Shown here: positions 54,158 through 64,000 of the stretch, piece after piece
How positions within the stretch are numbered: the stretch's first letter is position 1
How the letters are laid out: the number at the start of each line of letters is the position of its first letter
Assembly: GCA_051294375.1 (NCBI GenBank)
Contig: CM119266.1
Location: forward strand, 7,522,933-7,586,932
Source: Paraspadella gotoi
Taxonomy: Eukaryota > Animalia > Chaetognatha
Direction of reading: 5' to 3'
DNA length: 64,000 bases
Notes under the pieces: generated by a model
Databases searched by the model: none
Told to the model about the DNA's origin: nothing
Seen by the model: only the letters and a program-made list of their open reading frames with translations
Program-made: the position numbers and the translations under genes

Positions 54158-55470
54158 TCTTTGGGCTTTTAAAGAACGACGTCGTTTATCATCGTGAATT
54201 CGATGCCATTCACCTCCTCCTTGTCATATTGCCATCTCCAGGTCTATGCCGTCTCCTTCAAATGCCATTTCCCGCCCATGCCGTCTCTCATGCTCTTGTC
54301 ATCTGACAAAGAGAAGAGAAAGAGAGAGAGGGAGAGAGAGAGAGAGAGAGAGAGAGATAATTGTTGTGTTGAACTTTGATGTGGATTTATTCTTGTCTCG
54401 CTGGACTGAATTTTCGTCGTTCGTGATTCGAAGTCTTGAGCAGAAAAAGTTTGGCCTTTTGAAGGATTAAAAGTCGGCGAAGCGTGGGGCGTCGACCGGG
54501 AGTTAGAATGGAGATGAATCGCTATTTATAATTTTTTATTATGAAAACAAAGTTTCTTTGTTTACAAAAACGGTTTTTCTTTAAATAAAAAAAAACGTTT
54601 TTTGTTTGTTTGTAAACAAATAAACTTTGTTTTCTCCTTAACTAAAACTCTATGAAAAGAAACTCTTAATAAAATTTGTTTTCTAAAAAAATATAATAAT
54701 ATAAATATATTTTATGAACCAATTTTTTTTAAGATCTAAATATATTTATTATTTATAAAAGATTTTAAATATAATAATATATATATATTTGTGATTTTTT
54801 CATTATTATAGTACTTATTGGGCAGCAGAAATAAACACAAATTGCCTTTAACCTTAAGCATGGTTTTTAATAATTTTTAAAACAAATCTTTACTAAGTAA
54901 TATTTTTTTTTGGATTTATAAATACCTCCACTCGGTCGAGTCGAGATAATGAGGCTTTGTAGAAAAGGCGCTGTATACAATCAGGTCACCCGATGGAAGG
55001 AGGAAGAGAAACGCGATAAATTAAAGCGCTAAATGTCAATATGTCCGGGGGGTACAGCGTCGTTTGAATACAGCGAAATAATGACGCTTTAACAAAGGCG
55101 GTGTACAGCGAGAGAGGGATGGAACGAAAAGGGAAGAAAGGAGGCTGGAGTTTGAAATGAAGATCCTTTCTAAATAATGATTGGATACAGAGATAATAAA
55201 AAAAGATGAAATAGAGTGATTATCAATTTTATTAAATATTAAATAATAATTAAACAAAAATTAAACTTAATCCTTAAATAATTACCAATCTTTTCCGGGA
55301 CAGTTAAAATGACAATTACAAAATATTTTAAATGGTAACAAATTTTCACGAATTTTCAAGAAGATAAAAGCGGATATCCCTACTATATATATAGTATATA
55401 TACTATATATTCTACTCAGGTTCTTCCTGTACTAGAAAAGTTTATGCAGACTTCACAATTGCTTCCAACG

Positions 55471-55518
<48 letters not shown>

Positions 55519-55607
55519 AACAAAAAATCTACTCGGCGCCTTTTCGACGCTGCGGGTTTTCATTATGGGAACCATAAAAACGGTTTGACCTCAAAAAGCG
55601 ACGACAG

Positions 55608-55676
<69 letters not shown>

Positions 55677-56739
55677 CCGTTGCACCTTAGGCTTTTTTTT
55701 TATCTCCTCATATTTTCATCTTCTGAACTTCGTTTCTCTTTCCTTTTTTTTTCTTTTTTTTTCTTGGTTTTTCATCACCTGAAAAATATTTTAACTTCAC
55801 TGTTTATTTAAATAAAAACAATTTTGATCTATGAATTTGCTTTAGACATTCGCGAATCGTTCGTCCCAATCAAACTCTTTTTTGAAAAAAAAAAGAATCG
55901 CACATCGGCCCCGCTTTGGCTCAGATAACATGAACGTCGATTTGCAGCAAAAAGAAATCCCGTTCGATTCCCACGGTTCATAGTCGAAGTAAGCCGTTAA
56001 ATCGTTCAAATATAACCAAACGATATTTTTTTTTAATGTTATGATCTACGAGAAGAAATCGATAAGATTCGAAAGGAAACCGAATTTGAGATTTCCTTTC
56101 TCTCCTCTCGCGTTCCACTTTTAAAGCAGAACCAGTTGGCCAACAAGATGTTTCAAAAAACACCTCCAAATGTGCATCGAGATTCACCTCAACATCAGTG
56201 GAGGAGCGACTTTGCTACATAGTGATGTACATCACAAACGTCCGCCCATTCTCTTTCTTATTATACGCAATTTTTACATTAATTTCATTCATTCCAATTT
56301 GAACAACTCCCGCATTATGAGCCCTTTTTCCCGAAAGCGCCCTATTTGAACTTAAAATTCATAATTAGGTTTATTTGTCGGTTGGATAAATAGTTTAGAG
56401 AATAGGGATCGGGATTAGGTTAGGGATAAGTAGTGGGTGAGGGATAGGGATTATGTGAGAGCTTATCAACCCCAAACCACATACAACAGATTTACTGTTT
56501 TATCACCCCGTTTTCACGACGACTACCGATATCCCTTCTTATCACCACCATCTTTCTAAATCTTCCCGTTCTTCTTCTTCCTTCTCCTCCTCCTTCTCCT
56601 CCTCCTCCTCCTCCTCCTCCCAGGCACAGCGACCTCCTGACCCCAAAGAGAATAAACTGAGTCGGCGGAGGTTTTATGCTGAGAGGAGAGAAGTCGGCTG
56701 AGAGTCGTATATCTGTTCGGAGGATGGAAAGAGGTGGGG

Positions 56740-56990
56740 GGTGGCAAATTGGCTGGTGATGGAGTGGCAATTTGGGAGTGATAGAGTGGCAATTTGATGG
56801 TGACGGAGTGGAAATTTGGTAGTGACAGAGTGGCAATTGGATGCTGATGGAGTGGCAAGTGGGTGGTGATGGTGTGGCAATTTGGTTGGGGTGGAGTAGC
56901 AATTTGGTAGAGACAGAGTGGCAATTGGATGCTGATGGAGTGGTAAGCGGGTGGTGATGGTGTGGCAATTTGGTAGTGATAGAGTGGTTG
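56740..56990. repeat. 21-bp minisatellite (gagtggcaatttggtagtgat)
   Basis: About 12 degenerate units. Confidence 0.85.
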
Positions 56991-58028
56991 GGATGGAGGT
57001 AGTTATTAGTAAATCACGGGTAAAATAAAATCACAAAAGTAAATAAAATATAAATTTTTAAAATTATAATTATAAAAATACTTTAAATGCTCTAAATTAT
57101 GAATGATAGAAGATAAAATTTTATTAAATTACTAACGAATACTAAAATTTGCTCTTTGTTTAGTACAAAAATTTTATCAAGAAAAAGGCCTTAATTTAAA
57201 AAAAAATCTAATTTTTGGCGATTTTCACCGCGACGTTTTATTTACTTTGCCAAAAATAAAAAAAGAGAATTGGAAAAACTGTCATAAAACGGATTTAACG
57301 AGAAAAAGTAAAAAAGAAGGAAAATTGAATGGAATTCAAAAGTTGAACTCGAAAAAGTTTAAAGAATCGAATCCTTGATTAGCGCTTGTAAAAGGAGGAG
57401 GAGGAGCAGGAGGAGGAGGAGGAAGAGGCTCAGGAAATGAGGGCGCAGGGGGTTAGTGAATATTGATTGGGTGACTGTTGTTATTGTTTTTAGCTTATTG
57501 ATAAAATAAAAAAAAATAAAATAAAATCGAATAGAGAATTAACCAAAAAAATGACTAGTGATGATTAGAAAAATAATTAAGTGGCCTTTTTATACAATTA
57601 AAACATTATTTGAAATATTTAGAGGGTGGCCAGGTACTATGAAACGAATAAACTTGTCTGTCTGAGAGTCTTGGCTAAAAGCTTACAAGGTCCTGCTGTG
57701 ATAATACCTTGTATCTTGTATTAACTTGTTCAAAGGATGGAAACCTTAACCTACCATAGGTTGTCCAAAATTAGGGACAAAAGAGCTTACTTAATACAAG
57801 AATTGTTAATTTTTATATTGGATGTACCAATTTCATTACAAATGCTGATTCGTTAAGACAAATTTGTCTTTGATCGGTCCACACAGTAAATCTATTTTTC
57901 AGAGGTGGCGACAATCATTTCTCTTTTACGTTTTCCATGGAGAAAGAAAAACTTCTTTAGAAGATAAGAAAATAAAAAGTTGAAGAAGTTTGAGAAAAGA
58001 AAATCGAAAATCGATTTTCCCAATTTGG

Positions 58029-58107
58029 TTAACCCTCCCCTTAACACCCCATACTGTTAACCCTCCCCTTAACACCCGATTCTGTTAATCCTCCCCTTAA
58101 CACCCCC
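58029..58107. repeat. Three copies of a ~26-bp unit gttaaccctccccttaacaccc
   Basis: Directly visible. Confidence 0.85.
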
Positions 58108-58231
58108 ACTTCCGAAAAGAAAAAAAGATTTGACTCCAAAGTTTCTCTCGACTTTTGACTCTAAGAAAACGAATCTCATTCGGAAGCGTCAAACGGTAGG
58201 AGATCTCGGCTCATCTGGATCATGATATAGT

Positions 58232-58297
<66 letters not shown>

Positions 58298-59088
58298 CTG
58301 TTTTGCATTGCGAGTATTTCCCGGCGATGCAAAAGCTGCGCCTCATTTAAGTTGAATGAGGGAATTTAAAAAGTTGTCATTATTTTTTTTTACGGTAATC
58401 TGGTACAAATTTTGTTACAAATTTGCAATAATCAATTCAATACTGTTCGATTCTTTTAATTTAATCCGCATTCTTTATTAAAATTCATATATATATTCTA
58501 AATATCTTTTTAATTTTATTTTCTTTGAAAATGTCATCCTTTTACTTTAATTTCTCTAAATTTTCAATCTCTAGTATTTTAATTTTTATTTTTCAATCCA
58601 AGTATTACGTCGTCCAAAAAAAACCCGTTGACAATATTCTACTTCTTCTTAATCTTCATTTTCTATTCACACTTCATCTTCCTCCTAAAAACTTGTTTAA
58701 CCTCCCCCCCTTCCACTTCCCCACCATCCCGGGGGCCCAAACCCCCTCAACACCCCATCAGAATTTCGTCGAAACGCGAAAATCACTTTTTATTGAGCGG
58801 AAAAAAGTCTCCGATAAAAAAGTCCACGTTCGAAGGAAAAAAAAGAGAAAAAGGAAAAAAAAGAGAAAAAGAAAAAAACGGAAAAAAAAAGTTCTCGTGA
58901 AAACTCGAAAATTTTTTATCTTTTTTGAGCTTTTTTTGTTTTCACGGTGAAAAAGAGTTGAGTTTAGCGTTGGATTAAGTTAAAGGGTCAATAGAACCAG
59001 ATTCCAGATTTAGTAATTAGATTTTACTTCATTACAATTTTTCGATTTTAAAATCCAAAATTTTTCTCGTATTGTTGTGAAATTGTAG

Positions 59089-59356
59089 TCGGGCATTGCC
59101 TAGGTTCACCCCGCCTATAATCATGACAGTTTCAGTTGTGATCCATTGGCTAATTTAGTAAAGGCATCAGCTCATGACCACTAGGTACCGGGTTCAATGC
59201 CAACCCGGTACCTACCCTGCGGGAAGTTTGACGACGGCGGTAAGCCGCCTTGGGGGCATGGAAAACCCTCAAGCATGGTTCCAAGCCCAGGACCCTTTCG
59301 ATGGGGGGTTATAGAAGCTACGTCTAGTCATCTTCCGCCCACTTAGCATCTTATCT
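59089..59356 (+). mobile_element. SINE family A, second full-length diverged copy
   Basis: Colinear with 5961-6225 (gggcattgc..gttcaccccgcctataa...taccctgcgggaag...ggaaaaccc..aagc...tagtcatcttc). Confidence 0.8.
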
Positions 59357-59640
59357 ACAAACTTACCCTCTTTGAACGTCGCGAAGTTTTAACGGTTTTT
59401 TTTTCAAATGATTCTTTTTTATTTTCGTGATTTTTTTAGATTTTATTCGCTCGCATTTGATGCGCAAAATAACTCTTTTTATTGCAAAAACTAAAATTTG
59501 GAACAAGTCGAACAATTTTTTTATAAATCCTACGAACACTTTTGCTACAATTAAAATAATTTGCTAATTTAATTTTTCAAATTGTAACCGAGCGTGAGAG
59601 TTGCAATCAAGCTTGCAATCAAGCTTGCAAAATATTTAAG

Positions 59641-59810
59641 TCTCGGTCAGCGTCGATTCTCTGGTCCAGTTTGGTCAAGATGGGTTGGTCGATCTGAATG
59701 CTCGAGAAAAGAGAAGAGTTTATGACGGAAGGAAAAAGATGAAAGAAGAAGAAGATGGAAAGAGTAAGCGATATGGATATAACCACTTGGGAGATCAGTG
59801 GTACCCTTAG
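59641..59810 (+). CDS. Putative terminal exon encoding a dibasic-site-rich, neuropeptide-precursor-like C-terminus
   Basis: An open frame after TTTAAG reads SVSVDSLVQFGQDGLVDLNAREKRRVYDGRKKMKEEEDGKSKRYGYNHLGDQWYP*, embedded in AT-rich DNA. No upstream signal-peptide exon was identified. Confidence 0.3.
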
Positions 59811-62800
59811 AAGCAATATTATAAAATATAATTATTTATTTTAAAAAAATTATTACATTAAAATAATTTTATTCGAAAAAAAAATATTACTTTAAGATTT
59901 AAATATCACTATATTAATATTTGATAATTTTTATTATTATTTTATTTTTGATTCTTTTTTATTTGTATCAATTAAACTTTTTTAAATTTTTTTTAATTTA
60001 AAAAAATTTTAATATATAATTTTTTTTATTAAAAAATAAATACCACAATAAGTAAAAGATCATATGTAAATAAATTAATAAATAAGTTTTTTGTAAAGAG
60101 GACATTATCCCCTTCCGGCGCCGCAGCCAGAAAAAAAATAGCGGAACAAATCCACTCAAGCGAAAAGTGTCACTTCCGGTCAAGCAGAGGATGAGAGAGG
60201 GGGTCGGGGGGGGGCGGATGGGTTAAGGGGAGGGTGACGGATGAAGGGAAGGGAGTGGAGGGGAGGTAAAGGGAAGAGTGTCAAAATAAAAGGAAAGGAA
60301 GATGTGGATTCAAGAGGAAGGGTGACAAAATATGGAGAAGAGGCGATGTGAACGAAGAAAATATGGCTCTGCGTATTGTATATTGCATAAGGAGAAGAAT
60401 GGTTTCTTTTTGAAATAAGAGTTTTGAAAGAAAAGTGTGTGTTGTTTAAATAATAACACCCACAAGAATGTCTGACGAGAAAAAGTGTGCTCGATATGGG
60501 AAACGAGAGTGATAATTACCGAATAGAGCTGACGTTGCTTAATTTCATAGCTAAACCCAAGCCTCCCTGTTCGCTGATTCAATTTTTGATTACGCCATCG
60601 ACCCTGAAAAATATGATCTAATATCGAAGCAATCCGGATGAAGTGAGCGGATTCGAACTTACCCAATTGAACTGACCTGATCAAGTGAGTCTTTCTCTCT
60701 TCGACTTTCTTCCTTCGATCTTCAACGACGACGACGAAGACGACTCCAGCTGACGACGTCATCTAGATCTTTTCTTTTTATGTTGATGTTGTTGTTGAGG
60801 TTGTTTCTGCGGTTGATGTTGTTGGGGCTTGCAGTTTTAACAGCTGCAATTATAGTCGTCTCTCGCTCTCTCTCTCTCTCGTTATATAGCTAATTTGATG
60901 TTGTTGTTTTTTTTGACGAATCTCGATTGTTGCCGCTCCTATGTTTATATGTTTATGTTGGTCCGATGTTCGTATTTATCAAGAGACGTCTTTTGTTTTT
61001 TTTCTCCCTCTTTTCTTTTTTCAGTAATTTCGGTCGTCGCGTCTATTTACATGGGGTTTTTTTTGTTGTTGTCTTTTTTATGTTTCTTCCTTTTGTTTTG
61101 TTCGTTTGCTTCGTCTGTTTTCCTCCTGTTTTTACGATCCTTATCTGACTCAGTCTCTCGATTTTTTTTTTCTCTCTTTTTTTCTTTTTCTTTTTCTTCT
61201 CTGTTTTTTTTCTTCTTTTATATTCGTTTTTTAATTTTCTTTTTTTTTTCTTTTCTTTCAACGTTTTTCTTTTTAGATCATTTTTTAATTTCGTAATTTT
61301 TTTTTTTCGGCCGCTAGGGTACAAGAAAAAAAAATCAGTTCGATATCCAGACGTCGAAATCAGGAAATGGCCGTTGTCGTCGTCGTCGTCGTCGTCGTCG
61401 GCAGCTGAATTAGTCTATGGACAAAAAAAAAACACGATGAGCTGCCGGGAGAGAGTTATTCGGCGCAATGAGGGTGGTTTCGGCGCAGAGAGAGATGGAG
61501 TGGCGCGGATAGAGAGAGAGAGTGACGCAGAGAGAGATGGAGTGGCACGGACAGAGAGAGAGTGACGCAGAGAGAGACGAGAGACGACGAATTTGACGCA
61601 AGAGGAAATGGCGTGTCTGGCGAGATTGACGTAAGAGGAAATCGAGGTGTGACGCAAGAGAGTTTGACGTAATCTGTCGTGACGCAAAAAAATTGGAAAG
61701 ACGCCTGTTTCTGTATTGGTTGTGACGCAAGAGGGAAAAAGTGGGCGTGGCCTTCGGTAGTGACGCGATCGGTGGGCGTGGATTCGTTTTATCGGGAAAA
61801 ACGGAAGAATAGAAAAGGAGAAAAGAGGAACCTTGTTCAAATGCTTGTTGTTGTCGTCGTTGTTGTTGCTGCTCGTGCTGCTGCTGATGCTGTCTTAAAT
61901 CGCTACTTCATTGAGAAGGTAGTCTGGCAGAGTCGGCAATGATAATCTGGCAAAGATAATGTCGGGATGGATCAAGTCGGCGATGATAAACTGGCAATGG
62001 TAAATTCAGCAATGATAGAGTCGACAAAGATAGAGTCGGTAAAGGTCAAACGCCATATCGAAGTGAAGAAATAAGGAATTCCGTTAGTGAGATGTTTGAA
62101 AATTTGTGGTGCAGATTTGTGGCGCCAATTTAGTTTAGGCGCCGCTTTATCGAATGACCTCATCGATTGGCGCTCGTTTCCGGAATTTGATTTCGGCGCC
62201 AAATGGTGAATAGGCGCCAATTAAATGCGAGGGCGTCGTCGTCGTCGTCGTCGTCGTCGCCTATCAACTCTCTCTCTCTACTCTTTAAATCATCATTCTT
62301 CTTCTCTCTCTCCTCTCCCCCTCCTTCCTTCCCCTCTTGGCATCTCTCTGCTGTTCGATCCAAACTCAATTCAGGTCGGGCCAATCACAAATTCTCTCTC
62401 TTCTCTCTCTCTCTCTCTCTCGGCAAATTCTCTCTACTCTCTCTGTCTTCTTCCTCGTCTCTCTCCTCGTCTCAGATCACTCTATCATTCCATCCTCTCA
62501 CAATACTCTCTCAAATCGTCTCTTTCTGTCATGCCCTCTCTGTCCGTCCTATCGCTTACTACGTTATCTTACTCATGCTAACAGATCCAACGTCTCTGAA
62601 CAGTCGCCTTAATGATGAATGCGCACATATATATTATATTACTCTATCTCTCTACGACCAAACAGAATCAAAACTCCCCCTCCCCCCTCTCCTTCCTCTA
62701 CTCTAACGTCCCATTCTATTCTTACAGGGGGAAAACCTCCCCTCCTTCTCTCTCTCTCTCTCTCTCTCTTCTCTTCTCTCCTCTCTCTCATCTCTCTCTC

Positions 62801-63181
62801 TTCTCTTTCTCTCTCTCTATCGCCGCGGCGTCAAAACCAGAGGGGGTGGCGCTAAATCCATCGTTTTGCGTCGTGATCAACCGACGCCAAAACCACAAAA
62901 AACAAAAACCANNNNNNNNNNNNNNNNNNNNNNNNNGGAGTTCGTCTGGTTGGATATGTATGGTTGGAGAATGAGGAGGAATTGGCGAAGAGGCTGAGTG
63001 GAGTTGGATTTGGATACTTGGATCGAAGTTAATTGGGCGATGGAATTTCTGGGCAAAAAATTATAGGACGAACTCACCTCGGGAGATGAACCAGGATCAA
63101 AGTATTATGCCTGATCGATTGATCGATTTATCGACTGACTGATTGATTGGTCACGCCCACAAAGTCACGATGCGTCGTTAG

Positions 63182-63361
63182 CGTGGAATCCCACAGTGGA
63201 ATTCTGCTGATGTCGAATGGCACAGTGACGACGAATTTTTAACAAGGATCCTCGGTGATAAAGATAAATGGGAGAATGACAGCGATGACGCCGATGACAG
63301 GGATGTCACTAATGACAGCGAAGACACTGATAGGGGAGATGACACGAACGTTCCTCAATGA
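63182..63361 (+). CDS. Possible acidic terminal exon of an unidentified gene
   Basis: TAG acceptor, then RGIPQWNSADVEWHSDDEFLTRILGDKDKWENDSDDADDRDVTNDSEDTDRGDDTNVPQ*. No family was recognised. Confidence 0.25.
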   Translation, partial: RGIPQWNSADVEWHSDDEFLTRILGDKDKWENDSDDADDRDVTNDSEDTDRGDDTNVPQ

Positions 63362-64000
63362 CAAAGATGAGACGAAAGACTCGTCTCTTTTCTTCGACGA
63401 TTTTCAGATTCGCTCGTTTGTCATTCCTTCTTCTTCATCGTCGTCGTCGTCGTCGTCGTCGTCGACGCCGACGTCAATCGAAAGACGTCGGTTTATTGTC
63501 CCGATTGACTGACGGCGAAAAATGGGGAGATTAGGAGGACGAAGTCGTCGTCGTCGTCGTCTTTGCTGCAGTTGTTGTTGTTGTTGTTGTTGTTGACTGA
63601 TAAATTTTATTGTCGTTGTCTTGTTAAGCTTTTTTTGATGTATTTTTTTCCCTAAAGAAAAAAGAAGACGTTAANNNNNNNNNNNNNNNNNNNNNNNNNN
63701 NNNNNNNNNNNNNNNNNNNNNNNNNNNNNNNNNNNNNNNNNNNNNNNNNNNNNNNNNNNNNNNNNNNNNNNNNNNNNNNNNNNNNNNNNNNNNNNNNNNN
63801 NNNNNNNNNNNNNNNNNNNNNNNNNNNNNNNNNNNNNNNNNNNNNNNNNNNNNNNNNNNNNNNNNNNNNNNNNNNNNNNNCTCTCTCTCTCTCATCGTTT
63901 ACATCTGTTTTTGTTTCACATGTTTTGATGTTTTTTTCCCGGTGGCGAATGTCACGCTCTAAAATCGAACTCGAAATTCACTGACGCCATTTTGAAAAAA

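Noticed and set aside
50640-55800. ORFs rich in F/L/S, ER repeats or poly-P
   Set aside because: They are products of pyrimidine tracts and (GA)n/(CCG)n microsatellites, with no domain signal.
60310-60762. 150-aa minus-strand ORF with plausible splice sites
   Set aside because: No recognisable motif and no consistent multi-exon model could be built.

Overview
AT-rich, microsatellite-dense animal (invertebrate-like) nuclear DNA with spliceosomal introns, N-gaps and several error-rich duplicated blocks that look like gap-filling or haplotype artefacts. Most ORFs in the supplied track are spurious. Exons were spliced by hand. The supported genes are: a tandem cluster of failed-axon-connections (FAXC/metaxin-like GST-fold) genes (+, 2.2-10.2 kb); an 8-exon clan-2-like cytochrome P450 (+, 10.5-14.8 kb) with an antisense intronic tRNA-Asp(GTC); a 9-exon SLC34 Na/phosphate cotransporter (-, 15.6-21.7 kb) followed by two noisy inverted partial copies; and a collagen + Ser/Asp/Pro-rich spacer + C1q-domain gene (-, 36.1-41.7 kb and beyond). 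The most interesting unexplained signals are two tRNA-headed SINE families that each carry a degenerate twister-ribozyme-like core, a ~290-nt structured GC island, a hAT-like insertion seen as both filled and empty sites, a minisatellite that multiplies a 5' splice site, and a neuropeptide-precursor-like exon. No CRISPR array or prokaryotic system is present.
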